DNA of 64,000 bases, taken from positions 1 through 64,000 of the forward strand of contig JBBRSB010000007.1 in NCBI GenBank assembly GCA_038245785.1, written 5' to 3'. Origin of the DNA: Gloeobacterales cyanobacterium (GTDB lineage Bacteria; Cyanobacteriota; Cyanobacteriia; Gloeobacterales; PMM-0068). Shown piece after piece: positions 30,500-40,213 of this stretch (position 1 is the stretch's first letter; every line of letters begins with the position of its first letter). The notes beneath the pieces are model-generated. The model was given only the letters and a program-made list of their open reading frames with translations. It made no database searches and was not told where the DNA came from. A program made the translations under genes and the position numbers.

Positions 30500-31786
30500 A
30501 TGGATGCCTTCACCCAAAAAGCGCATTTCTTTCGCCGGGCCAGCTTTGGAGCCACGCAGCAAGAGTTAGGCAGTAGTGTCAAACCGATAGAGCTACTGGA
30601 GCAGTGGTTGCAAGATAAACAACCCGTTACGAATCTGCTCAGCAAGGAAAGGCCAGAGTCCGAACCTCTTGGGATGACGGAAACGGATAAAAAGTTCAAA
30701 AGAATGCAATTGCGTGCCCAGGGAATCGCTCTTGGTCAGGCCCTCTTAGAACAGATGGTTACGGCGTCCAACCCGCTGCATGAAAAAGTAGTGAACTTTT
30801 GGCGAGACCATTTTGTAGTCTCAGCAAAGAAGTTTAATCTGCCTCATTTTATCGCTGATTATGATCTACGTTTACGGACCCACGCACTGGGAGACTTTCA
30901 GGACTTACTTTGGTCTGTGACGACGAGTCCAGCGATGTTGCGCTATCTGGATAATGGACAAAATCGAGTCGGTAATCCTAACGAGAACTATAGTCGGGAA
31001 TTACTTGAACTATTCACGCTCGGTCGCGGCCAATACACTGAGCAAGATATTCAAGAAGGGGCACGAGCTTTAACGGGATGGGTGACGAATCCTCTGGATT
31101 ATGGGAAGAAAACAGAAGCAATTTTTATACCTCGTCGTCATGATAGTGGACTGAAAAACTACCTGGGGCGACAGGGAAATTTGAAGGCTGAGGATGTCGT
31201 TGAAATTGTCAGTAATCATCCGAGTACCGCCCGCACTTTAGCACGCAAGCTATGGAGTGAATTTGTTTATCCGAATCCAGAGCCTGCCGTTATTCAGCGT
31301 TTAGCCAAGGTCTATCAAAGAAAAAATCGAAATATCCAAGCACTGATTCATGCAATTTTTACCAGTCCCGAATTCTATAGCGCCAAAGCCTATCGTAGCC
31401 GTTTAAAGAATCCCCTCTATTTCACGATTGGGGCTTTGAGACAGTTAGAAATTCAAGCAGACTATCGAAAGGTCTTAGCCAGCCTGAAAGCAATGGAACA
31501 GTTACCCTATAACGCTCTCAGCGTCAAAGGCTGGCCTGAAGATGAAGGTTGGCTCAATGCCCCGTCTTTACTGACACGCATCAATCTTGCCCAGCAATTT
31601 ACCCAGGATTCCGGCGATGAGGGTAGGTTTGTTTACGAACCCGAGAAATTTCCACCCAAAGAACTGACAGCTCTACTGCTAGACAGTTCTACTATTTCAG
31701 CGAATCTGCGCACTACGCTCAAAGGACTTTCTAACCGTGAAAGTGCGGCCTTTTTGCTTGCTTCTCCCCTTTATCAATTGGCTTAA
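30500..31786 (+). CDS. DUF1800 protein
   Basis: FWRDHF, PAMLRYLDN, PNENYSRELLELFTLG, ARALTGW. Confidence 0.9.
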   Translation: MDAFTQKAHFFRRASFGATQQELGSSVKPIELLEQWLQDKQPVTNLLSKERPESEPLGMTETDKKFKRMQLRAQGIALGQALLEQMVTASNPLHEKVVNFWRDHFVVSAKKFNLPHFIADYDLRLRTHALGDFQDLLWSVTTSPAMLRYLDNGQNRVGNPNENYSRELLELFTLGRGQYTEQDIQEGARALTGWVTNPLDYGKKTEAIFIPRRHDSGLKNYLGRQGNLKAEDVVEIVSNHPSTARTLARKLWSEFVYPNPEPAVIQRLAKVYQRKNRNIQALIHAIFTSPEFYSAKAYRSRLKNPLYFTIGALRQLEIQADYRKVLASLKAMEQLPYNALSVKGWPEDEGWLNAPSLLTRINLAQQFTQDSGDEGRFVYEPEKFPPKELTALLLDSSTISANLRTTLKGLSNRESAAFLLASPLYQLA

Positions 31787-31788
31787 TC

Positions 31789-32925
31789 ATGCAAAGACGT
31801 ACTTTTCTAGAAATGCTCTTTAGTGCAACAACCTTACTGGCTCTCAACCCTACGGCTGTCTTAGGAAAAGATCAGAAGACCTTACTTGTGATTGAACTCG
31901 CAGGCGGGAATGATGGCTTGAATACGTTCATTCCCTATGCGGATAGCAACTACCTTCGGCTACGTCCCCGTATTGGCATCAAAGATGGGATTCCTGTCAG
32001 CCATAGCGTTGCACTCAATCCTGGTTTGAAAGACCTAAAACCACTCTTAGAAAGTGGCCAGCTAGCCGTCATTCAAAACGTAGGCTATCCCAATCCTGAC
32101 CTCTCCCATTTTCGTTCCAAAGAAATCTGGCAGAGTGCACATCCTCAAGGTTCTGTGGATAGCGGTTGGCTAGCCCGTTATTTGGAAGCAACTAAGGCCA
32201 AAACGTCCGAGGCTGTCTTCCTCGGAGATGAATACCCCTTGGCCTTAACGGGCAGCAGTACACGCTATTTAGAACTTTCTCCTAACTTGGGCCTGAAAAC
32301 CCAGGGCAAGCTCGGTCAGGCTATCCAAGAAGCTTATCGAGTGCCCCAGAAGCAACCCATGGCCGAGAAAGTTCGTCAGACCGTGCTTGAAAGTACCCAG
32401 GCCGTTCGTGACCTAGCCAAAGATGTAGACCAGCGGGTTCAGCGCCAAGGTTATCCCCCAGGAGACTTAGGTAGACATTTGGCACTCGTCAGTCGTCTGT
32501 TAGAAGTAGGCCCAAAAGTAATCTATCTCACGATTGGAGGCTGGGATACCCATGTCAACCAAGTACAGCGTCATCAAAGACTTTTAGAACAAGTGGGAAA
32601 AGGACTATCCGCCTTGAATCAAGACTTGAAAGCCCGAGGTTTGGATAAAAATATCCTGATCATGGTCCAGAGCGAGTTTGGCCGTAGACCGACAGAGAAT
32701 GGTTCTGGTGGAACAGACCACGGTACAGCCGGACCTGTATGGCTGATCGGACCTGTCCGTGCAGGATTTTATGGGGGTGAGCCTGCCTTGGATAGCTTGC
32801 AGAAAGGAAATCTACCGATGCACGTGGATTTTCGTAGCGTCTACGCCGAGATCCTGGACCGCTGGTTAGGCATGCCTTCTAAGGGGATTCTTTCCGGTAG
32901 TTTTCCTGGGGTAGGAATTCTTTAG
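31789..32925 (+). CDS. DUF1501 protein (Tat-like signal)
   Basis: MQRRTFL, GGNDGLN, SHFRS, GWDTH, SEFGRR, GTDHG. Confidence 0.9.
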   Translation: MQRRTFLEMLFSATTLLALNPTAVLGKDQKTLLVIELAGGNDGLNTFIPYADSNYLRLRPRIGIKDGIPVSHSVALNPGLKDLKPLLESGQLAVIQNVGYPNPDLSHFRSKEIWQSAHPQGSVDSGWLARYLEATKAKTSEAVFLGDEYPLALTGSSTRYLELSPNLGLKTQGKLGQAIQEAYRVPQKQPMAEKVRQTVLESTQAVRDLAKDVDQRVQRQGYPPGDLGRHLALVSRLLEVGPKVIYLTIGGWDTHVNQVQRHQRLLEQVGKGLSALNQDLKARGLDKNILIMVQSEFGRRPTENGSGGTDHGTAGPVWLIGPVRAGFYGGEPALDSLQKGNLPMHVDFRSVYAEILDRWLGMPSKGILSGSFPGVGIL

Positions 32926-32931
32926 TGGTTT

Positions 32932-33261
32932 CTAATTAGTTAACACCCATATCAATGAACCAATCAAGCTAATCCAAACAATAAACAGAATAATTACAGG
33001 CAGATTCAACTCATCCTCTGCCTGATTCTCCTGAGCGCTATACTCAATCTCTCCCTCTCGGTAAAGATTATAGAAGATACGCGATTCATCATCATATAAG
33101 ATGGTGTACGCCATATTAATCTCTTCAAACTGTGCTTTTAATTTAGGATCTTTATTTACGTCAGGATAATATTTACGAGCCAAGTGCATATAGGCTTGCC
33201 GAATCTCCTCTTTATCCGTATCGGCTGGAATATCAAGAACACTATAGAAATCTTTTGTCAT
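32932..33261 (-). CDS. J-domain protein with C-terminal TM helix
   Basis: DFYSVLDI...LARKYYPDVN (HPD changed to YPD). Confidence 0.75.
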   Translation of the reverse strand: MTKDFYSVLDIPADTDKEEIRQAYMHLARKYYPDVNKDPKLKAQFEEINMAYTILYDDESRIFYNLYREGEIEYSAQENQAEDELNLPVIILFIVWISLIGSLIWVLTN

Positions 33262-33429
33262 TTGATGATTCTCAGAGAAGACTAAGTTTGAGAAGAAAAG
33301 ATGAGGCATTAAAGAAGAACATTTAATCCTTCGAACAATAAAAACTAACCAACTCAGCTACCTCGCGTGCTTGACCAGCTCAGGCAAATTGCTCGGCTGA
33401 TGACCCTACAGGGAGGAGAATCCGGGCTA

Positions 33430-33711
33430 CTACTTGCCGTAATGCTGTTCAAGTAACGTCCGCAGCATATCCACCATCGGAACGCCTTCTTCAACTGCTT
33501 GGGCTTTAATCGCTTTATGCAGAGGTTTTGGAATATCCAACGTGAGACGCTTCTGTTTCACGGCTTTTTCCAGTTCTAGCTCTTTCGGAGTAGGACGAGC
33601 CTCAGCAGTGGGGGCTTCTTCTGCGCTGCTCTGAGACAACGCTGGCTCCAGAACAGCGGGAACTGAGTCAGGCTTTCGACGTGAACTAAGTTTGGCTTTC
33701 TTTTCGACCAT
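33430..33711 (-). CDS. ParG-like ribbon-helix-helix protein
   Basis: Disordered N-terminus, then KRLTLDIPKPLHKAIKAQAVEEG..M.D..R.LL. Confidence 0.7.
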   Translation of the reverse strand: MVEKKAKLSSRRKPDSVPAVLEPALSQSSAEEAPTAEARPTPKELELEKAVKQKRLTLDIPKPLHKAIKAQAVEEGVPMVDMLRTLLEQHYGK

Positions 33712-33816
33712 CGGTTGATCTCCAGGTAGGTGAGCGTTTGCACTGCGGATCGGGCGAGAGCTTTCAGGTGCGTCGCCCCATTCGCTGTTTGAAATGGGCA
33801 GAATCAGTCAGTCTGT

Positions 33817-33874
33817 ATTTACAGGTTACCCATATTTACAGGGTAATCACATTTACAGATTACCGTATTTACAG
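33817..33874. repeat. Four phased ATTTACAG direct repeats (centromere/operator-like)
   Basis: Copies at 33817, 33834, 33851 and 33867. Confidence 0.85.
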
Positions 33875-33999
33875 AAATAAGTTTTGACTGAATTGTTACA
33901 ATCTCAGCGCGTCAAGACTGCGACCTTTTGCCAGGCCCAGCAGCGGTTGTGACCTTCACCCAGAGGAGAGGAGAGAAGCCCAGTGCAGATCATGGCTCA

Positions 34000-34791
34000 C
34001 TAACCAAATAAATTAGCGTTCAAAGCCTCATAGCTTTTATTAAAAGGACATTGGACGCGACAGGTACGGCACCAACGACCATCCGTGTACCTGTTGAGAT
34101 TCTCTTTATTGAAAATGTAGGGTTTATGAGAGAAGTGGGAGCTGACCCACTGCCAGGAAAGAGCATTGGAAGCAATATCTCCATCTAACAGATATTCTCG
34201 GAAAAGTCGGTAGCCCGCTAACCAACTAATTCCTCGAAAATGACAGACATAGGCAGCGAACCAAAGCCGCTCATGATTGTGAAGATAGCCTGTGTCGAAT
34301 AGTGTCTCCAGAATGCCATCCATACACGGTAAGCCTGTAGTAGCAGTGGCAATATCTTCAGGAAGCTCTTCTGGAGCCTGATATTGCGTGCGCACTTTAG
34401 CCTCTTCGATCCCTTCCCAAATACCCTGGTTATAGTAGGCATAAGCGGCATAGAAAAACTCCCGCCAGGTGAGTTGTCGCAAAAACTCTTCCAGTCCTTT
34501 ATTTTGAGCAGGAGAGCCATGACGTTCGAGCAGAAAGGTTTGCACCTCTTTTGGGGTAACCATGCCATGACGCAAGTAAGGAGAGAGAAAACTCACAGCA
34601 TCACTAACATAGTTGCGCTGGGTATAGCCTTTAACCTCAAAGGCTTCTAGTTGCGCTAAGGCATGCACGCGTCCGCCAGGAGTATCTTCCACATAGGTAG
34701 GATTTCCTGTGTAATACTCCTGAAAATTTTCTTGAATATAGGCACAAACTTGCTCTCGGCTTTCTAAATCAGTGCGCAGTTCCATCGGCAA
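34000..34791 (-). CDS. Short photolyase/cryptochrome FAD-binding-domain protein
   Basis: SFLSPYLRHG, QLTWREFF, TGYLHNHERLW, LLDGD.ASN.LSWQW; no N-terminal antenna domain. Confidence 0.85.
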   Translation of the reverse strand: MPMELRTDLESREQVCAYIQENFQEYYTGNPTYVEDTPGGRVHALAQLEAFEVKGYTQRNYVSDAVSFLSPYLRHGMVTPKEVQTFLLERHGSPAQNKGLEEFLRQLTWREFFYAAYAYYNQGIWEGIEEAKVRTQYQAPEELPEDIATATTGLPCMDGILETLFDTGYLHNHERLWFAAYVCHFRGISWLAGYRLFREYLLDGDIASNALSWQWVSSHFSHKPYIFNKENLNRYTDGRWCRTCRVQCPFNKSYEALNANLFG

Positions 34792-34819
34792 TTATTTTAG
34801 AGACATTCCATATTATGAG

Positions 34820-35791
34820 TTAGACCTGATTTTGTAACTGCTGCAACTGTTCGGGAGATAGCCATTTTTGGCACTCTTTAATCACTTTACTTTGGAGCGC
34901 ATGGAGGATTTTAGCTTCAGAGGATCCAGACTGCTTCAAGCTCGTATACATGAGCCGTAGAGCTTTCAGGTTATGGAAAGAAGGGTCAATTTGATAAGCT
35001 TTTTCCAAAGCCGTATTGAATGCTGCCAAATCCCTATCTATCAGAGCATAGTAACCTGCCTGCTCATATTCTCTGGCCGATAGCTTGGACGGCGGCGTAA
35101 TAGGAGCAGCCGTAGAGGAAGTAGCCATGGGTGGAGACGGAACAATCGCTGCATTTGCGGTAGCTGCCACTATATTTTGCGGTGGAGCAGTCGGGGCAGG
35201 AGAGACTAGACTAGGGTAGGTCACTTGGGCCGTAACCTTAGAATCAGCCTGTGATAGAGAAGGCTGATAAACAATCTCTTTTGCATCAGGGGCCAATCGA
35301 GCCACACTAGACTTCGGACCGATAAGCGTCAGACCGTACCAGGTGACCAATCCGGGCATAATCACACAGGCCATAAGAGCCGCCGTACCAGAATAGCGCC
35401 TATAAAAAGCCTGACGGTTGCGCAGTACAATCCTCAGCGTTCTTAGCGCTTTGGCCGTTCTGTTAAGAGAAGCTCTCAGGGCTGGTTCGGGAGTATTCCA
35501 AATCGTTTCATCCGCATGGCAGAAGTTCTCGAAATCGCTATCTAATTTAGAAAATCGCTGTTCTCTTTCGGCAATCTGTAGTTTGAGGGCATCCAGCTGC
35601 CGTGCCAGCCGAGACACCTCCAAAGTAAGAGCCTGTTCTAAGGGCCGGACCCGCTTTTCTTGAGTGCCTAGAGAGGAATGTTCAGTATTTTTAGGCGGAA
35701 GGCTACTTAATTCCGAGGAAAAGACCTCTACCGCCGCAGTAGATGAATGATCCTCGGTCTCACAAGTGCTCACTTCGCTCTTAGTTTCCAT
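34820..35791 (-). CDS. Hypothetical membrane-anchored coiled-coil protein
   Basis: 323-aa ORF with coiled coil, TM segment and Pro/Ala linker. Confidence 0.6.
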   Translation of the reverse strand: METKSEVSTCETEDHSSTAAVEVFSSELSSLPPKNTEHSSLGTQEKRVRPLEQALTLEVSRLARQLDALKLQIAEREQRFSKLDSDFENFCHADETIWNTPEPALRASLNRTAKALRTLRIVLRNRQAFYRRYSGTAALMACVIMPGLVTWYGLTLIGPKSSVARLAPDAKEIVYQPSLSQADSKVTAQVTYPSLVSPAPTAPPQNIVAATANAAIVPSPPMATSSTAAPITPPSKLSAREYEQAGYYALIDRDLAAFNTALEKAYQIDPSFHNLKALRLMYTSLKQSGSSEAKILHALQSKVIKECQKWLSPEQLQQLQNQV

Positions 35792-35983
35792 ATCCTGATC
35801 TTATTTTATCTCTGCCCGTAGTGAAACACTTAATGAGACCTATTTTGTTGGTTAGTGAAGGAGAGGTGGATGCACTAGCCTCTCCTATAAATGATTAAAT
35901 AAGCGGAGAAGAAGAGAATATGTCAAACACAGGATACCCATTTACTAGTGGCTCTGTAGATGTACGCTCGTAAAGAAATATTA

Positions 35984-36685
35984 TTACTCGAAACCAAAAC
36001 CCTTAACGTTCTTTAGATTGGCCCCTTCCAGGTTTGCACCGATAAGATTGGCTCCTTCCAGATTGGCCCCCTCTAAGTCGGCCCCAACCAAATTTGCGTC
36101 TGCGAGATTGGCAATGCTCAGGTCCGCACCCCTCAAGTTTGCTCCATGCAGATAGGCTGCATGAAGATTGACTCGGCTTAGACAAGCTTTGTGTAAATTA
36201 GCCTGATTAAAATCTGCAGCCCTCAGGTCTGCATTAAATAGATTGGTCCCACGGCAGTCAGCCCCCCCCAAATCAGCAGCACGCAGGTCTGCTGACCGCA
36301 AATCAACATTCCTAAGCCTCGCTCTACTCAAATTCGCCATGCTGAGGTTGGCATCAAAAAGATTAGCCTGGCTGAGGTCGCCATCACTGAGGTTAGCGTT
36401 ACCGAGATTGGCACCAAAAAAATTAGCCTGCTGTAAGCGGGCTTTACTTAAATTAGCTCCACGCAAATCCGCCCTCCGAAAGTCAGCCTGTCTGAGGTCT
36501 GACGAACTCAAGTTGGCAATCCGTAAGACCGCATAGAAGAAGTCGGCCGCGAAGAAATTAGAATTACTTAAATTAGCTTCGGATAGGTCTGCTCGATAAA
36601 AATAGAAGCCGGGTAAATCAAGCCCGGACAGATTCAAGCCTTGCATTCTCGGATACTTACTAAGAAGAGCATCACGGGTAATCAT
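35984..36685 (-). CDS. Pentapeptide-repeat protein
   Basis: Continuous A(D/N)Lxx repeats. Confidence 0.95.
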   Translation of the reverse strand: MITRDALLSKYPRMQGLNLSGLDLPGFYFYRADLSEANLSNSNFFAADFFYAVLRIANLSSSDLRQADFRRADLRGANLSKARLQQANFFGANLGNANLSDGDLSQANLFDANLSMANLSRARLRNVDLRSADLRAADLGGADCRGTNLFNADLRAADFNQANLHKACLSRVNLHAAYLHGANLRGADLSIANLADANLVGADLEGANLEGANLIGANLEGANLKNVKGFGFE

Positions 36686-36687
36686 AG

Positions 36688-37209
36688 TTATGCTTTTATA
36701 TTAGTAGGCTTGTAGTTAGGCTGTAGCTTATTAGCAGGATTGGGAGAATTTTGAAGATCTTGAATCTCTCGATTTTCTTTACGCTCTATATAGTCAGGCA
36801 GAGCAGGCATTTTGCTAGACAAAAAATCCTGAACAGAGAGGGCCGAACGTATTTGGATACGACGCCGGAAATCATCAAAATCAGCTTCTAAACTAAGAAT
36901 TTTTCGATCCTCTGCCTCTAGTCTTAAATTCAGATAATCCACTTCTCTCAGGAGGCTTACAACCTCATCTTTCAGCAAAAACTCTCTATCACTTTCCGGC
37001 TGACTTTCACTGGGCCATTCGAACAAGTCTTGATCATCAATTTCATCCAACTCAAGCGGCGATCTATTCGATTGACTTAGTGCAAGTGCAATATCATCCG
37101 TAAAGTCTTTATCGCAAGCAACGCAGTAGTAAGCGCCTCCTAAATAGCTCTCTTTAGAGACTACGGTTCTTTCACGTATAGAATTACTACCGCAATATGG
37201 ACAATTCAT
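36688..37209 (-). CDS. Hypothetical protein with N-terminal zinc ribbon
   Basis: CPYC...CVAC; stop 2 bp before the pentapeptide gene. Confidence 0.6.
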   Translation of the reverse strand: MNCPYCGSNSIRERTVVSKESYLGGAYYCVACDKDFTDDIALALSQSNRSPLELDEIDDQDLFEWPSESQPESDREFLLKDEVVSLLREVDYLNLRLEAEDRKILSLEADFDDFRRRIQIRSALSVQDFLSSKMPALPDYIERKENREIQDLQNSPNPANKLQPNYKPTNIKA

Positions 37210-37299
37210 ATATGTACAAATTATCGAAAATTATATAGAAACTACTCTACTTTATAGGGTACCCAAAGATGCATCACCGCGTGCGTGGAATTAGGCTGA

Positions 37300-37854
37300 T
37301 TAGAAGATCTTCTGTTCTACTCCAAATCCTACCAAAACAAGATTTTCCAGAGGCTGATTGGCGGTTGGGCGTCGGTAGGTCAAGATCTTGCGAATCCTCG
37401 TGTTTGGGTTAATCAACGTAATCGAATCGACAGCGACAACTTCCGTATAGGTAGTAGTCATCAAGAGTTCTTGCTTTTGAGGATCGAAGCGGAAGTGGGC
37501 CACCATCGGCTTTGCTTCTTCGTAGGCCCGGTCTCTTAGATAGGCTCCTTCTAGGACAGGAGCATCTTGTTGGTCAGGGACAAAAAGCATATTGAGTTCT
37601 TGAGAAACTTCTTCGCCTTTCTCCGAAACTGTCTGGAAGGCTAAATAAAAACCCAAGAGGCTGTCCACGAGAAGAGAAGGGCGCTCGTTATCGCGAAGGA
37701 CTTTTTCCTTTAGCGTGGGGTTTAAGGTGCGGATAATAAATTCTGTGCGCGAACGCTCCACTTCCTGGCGCGTCAAATAGTGATAGGTGCGCTCAGTGGC
37801 CCAAGCTCCGATACAACAGTCAAAAAAATAGTGAAATTTATGTATGGCGTCCAT
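37300..37854 (-). CDS. CpcS/CpeS-family phycobiliprotein lyase (CpcV-like)
   Basis: FFDCCIGAWATERTYHYL, YLRDRAYEE, TRIR...GFGVEQK. Confidence 0.8.
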   Translation of the reverse strand: MDAIHKFHYFFDCCIGAWATERTYHYLTRQEVERSRTEFIIRTLNPTLKEKVLRDNERPSLLVDSLLGFYLAFQTVSEKGEEVSQELNMLFVPDQQDAPVLEGAYLRDRAYEEAKPMVAHFRFDPQKQELLMTTTYTEVVAVDSITLINPNTRIRKILTYRRPTANQPLENLVLVGFGVEQKIF

Positions 37855-38033
37855 AGGGTCGTAGGCTGAGCTCCAGTGATCATTTTCTATTTTTAGGGCA
37901 GGTGCGGACAAGTAGAACACAAAAACCAGTAGAAGTACTCAGAAAACTGACTCTTTTTCATACGTCTAGTGTCGGAAGCGTTTACCCACCCCCAGGGTTA
38001 GTGCTACATTATCGCAAATGGTCAGGTGTTCAC

Positions 38034-39704
38034 ATGGTTAGCTTCTCCCGAGAACCAGAGCCGTTTAAGTCTAACGCTCCAAAATCTCTCGGCATCGTGG
38101 TACAGGGCTCTCTTAGTCTGGGATTGGAAGCCAGACTGAATGCCGATGTGTCTGTAGAAGATATGCGGGTAGGCAAATTTGTAATTATCAAGGGCCGTAG
38201 AACACGCTTTTTTTCGATGCTGACCGATGTAGTCCTCGGCACCTCTAGCCCCAAAATTTTGATGAATCCTCCAGACCATGATGATGATTTTATGTCTGAA
38301 GTTCTAGCAGGGACAGGCACTTTTGGTACAGTAAAGCTGACGCCGATGCTCATGTTCGAACCAGAGACCAATGAGTTGCGTCCGGTAAAGACAGTCCCTT
38401 CTCACTTTGCCCAGGTTTTAGATGCCACCGAGTTTGACTTTACCCAAGTTTTTGGGAGCGAGGCAGACCCTGAGCGCAAGAATTTCAACATTGGTCAGCC
38501 CCTCGATATGGATGTACCGATTTGTCTGGACCTGGAGCGTTTTGTCGAACGTTCTAATGGCATTTTTGGAAAGTCAGGAACGGGTAAATCTTTCTTAACG
38601 CGTTTGATTCTCAGCGGCGTGATTCGCAAGAAAGCAGCGGTCAACCTGATTTTTGATATGCATTCTGAATATGGCTGGGAAGCGGCCAAAGAAGGGAAAG
38701 AAAGCAGCACCGTAAAGGGCCTACGCCAGCTATTCACGGGTCAGGTGCAAATCTATACCCTAGACCCAGAAGCGAGTAAGCGGCGAGGCGTCCGGGATGC
38801 TCGTGAACTCTATATCAGCATGAATCAGATTGATGTGGATGACCTGAGTTTGATACGGGGAGAGCTGAATCTTTCCGATGCCAGTATTGAAAATGCAATT
38901 ATTCTACGCAATCACTTCGGCGAGAACTGGATTAGCCGTTTGATGACGATGAGCAACGGTGAAATTCAAGAATTTTGTCAAGAGAATATGGGCAACGCTC
39001 CCTCGATTATGGCCCTGCAGCGCAAGCTAAACCGATTGGAAGACCTGAAATATCTCAAGACCGTATGCCCCCATGACTATCTTTCGGAACTAACCAATAT
39101 TCTGTCCAGTGGAAAACACGTTGTCATTGAGTTCGGTTCCCAAGGTTCTCTGCTTAGCTACATGCTGGCCGCCAATATCATCACCCGCAAGCTGCATGGA
39201 GAATATGTCAAACGAGCAGAGCGATATCTCCAGTCTAAGGACCCTAAAGATAAGCCCCGCCAGTTGATGATCACGATTGAAGAAGCCCACCGCTTCCTGG
39301 ACCCAAAACAGGCCAAGCAGACTATTTTTGGGACGATTGCACGCGAGATGCGCAAGTATTTTGTCACGCTCCTAGTAGTTGACCAGCGCCCTTCTGGAAT
39401 TGATAACGAAGTGATGTCTCAACTGGGCACCCGGATCACGGCCCTTTTAAATGACGATAAAGATATTGATGCCGTTTTCACAGGCGTAGCCGGAGGCCAA
39501 GCGCTGAGGACGGTCCTCTCCCAAATGGACCCCAAGCAACAAGCGCTGATTCTTGGCTACGCCGTACCGATGGCGGTGGTCGTGCGCACCCGCGCCTACG
39601 ATGAAAAGTTCTATCGAGAGATTGGGGCAGATTTGTGGGAAGACCGCTCGGATGAAGATATTCGTTCAGCGGCAGAGTTGGCTAAATCGGATCTAGGTTT
39701 CTGA
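38034..39704 (+). CDS. HerA-family ATPase
   Basis: HAS-barrel-like N-terminus, GKSGTGKS, IFDMHSEY, IEEAHRF, AREMRKY, DQRPS. Confidence 0.88.
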   Translation: MVSFSREPEPFKSNAPKSLGIVVQGSLSLGLEARLNADVSVEDMRVGKFVIIKGRRTRFFSMLTDVVLGTSSPKILMNPPDHDDDFMSEVLAGTGTFGTVKLTPMLMFEPETNELRPVKTVPSHFAQVLDATEFDFTQVFGSEADPERKNFNIGQPLDMDVPICLDLERFVERSNGIFGKSGTGKSFLTRLILSGVIRKKAAVNLIFDMHSEYGWEAAKEGKESSTVKGLRQLFTGQVQIYTLDPEASKRRGVRDARELYISMNQIDVDDLSLIRGELNLSDASIENAIILRNHFGENWISRLMTMSNGEIQEFCQENMGNAPSIMALQRKLNRLEDLKYLKTVCPHDYLSELTNILSSGKHVVIEFGSQGSLLSYMLAANIITRKLHGEYVKRAERYLQSKDPKDKPRQLMITIEEAHRFLDPKQAKQTIFGTIAREMRKYFVTLLVVDQRPSGIDNEVMSQLGTRITALLNDDKDIDAVFTGVAGGQALRTVLSQMDPKQQALILGYAVPMAVVVRTRAYDEKFYREIGADLWEDRSDEDIRSAAELAKSDLGF

Positions 39705-39765
39705 AATGCGGTGGCTAGCCCCAGAATGGAAGTAGGAGGCTTTTTCTTCTTGCCTAGACAATCCC

Positions 39766-40191
39766 ATGACTGACCTGACTGAGCGTGCGCGTTCCCTTTC
39801 TATCGCCTGTGGCCCTGAGGATAAAGGCTATCAATCTCATCTTTTGCTCTGCGCGGACCAAAGCAAGCCCCTCTGTTGTGACAAAGCTACGGGGTTAGTT
39901 GCCTGGGACTATCTTAAAAAGCGCATTAGAGAACTGGGACTGGAAGGACCAGAAGCGACGCAACCCGTTTTTCGCAGCAAGGTAAACTGCCTGCGGGTCT
40001 GTCAAAATGGTCCCATCCTCTTGGTTTATCCCGGCGGTTATTGGTACCACAGTGCTACGCCTGAAGTGATTGAGCGCATTCTGCAAGAGCATATCCTTCG
40101 CGGCATTCCGGTCCAGGAATATCTCTTTGCCGAAAATCCGCTCCCTTCGACTCCGCTCAGGGAGCCTATGCGGGGAGAAGGAGAAAAGTAG
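39766..40191 (+). CDS. Thioredoxin-like [2Fe-2S] ferredoxin
   Basis: HLLLCADQSKPLCC, CLRVCQNGPILLVYP. Confidence 0.88.
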   Translation: MTDLTERARSLSIACGPEDKGYQSHLLLCADQSKPLCCDKATGLVAWDYLKKRIRELGLEGPEATQPVFRSKVNCLRVCQNGPILLVYPGGYWYHSATPEVIERILQEHILRGIPVQEYLFAENPLPSTPLREPMRGEGEK

Positions 40192-40213
40192 TTCTTAATT
40201 CCTTATCCACACT

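Noticed and set aside
33817..33874. Short repeats as a mini-CRISPR
   Set aside because: 8-bp repeats with 8-9-bp gaps are far too short.
38034..39704. HerA as part of a Sir2-HerA-type defence system
   Set aside because: No effector partner is adjacent, the base composition is host-like, and the neighbours are core genes.
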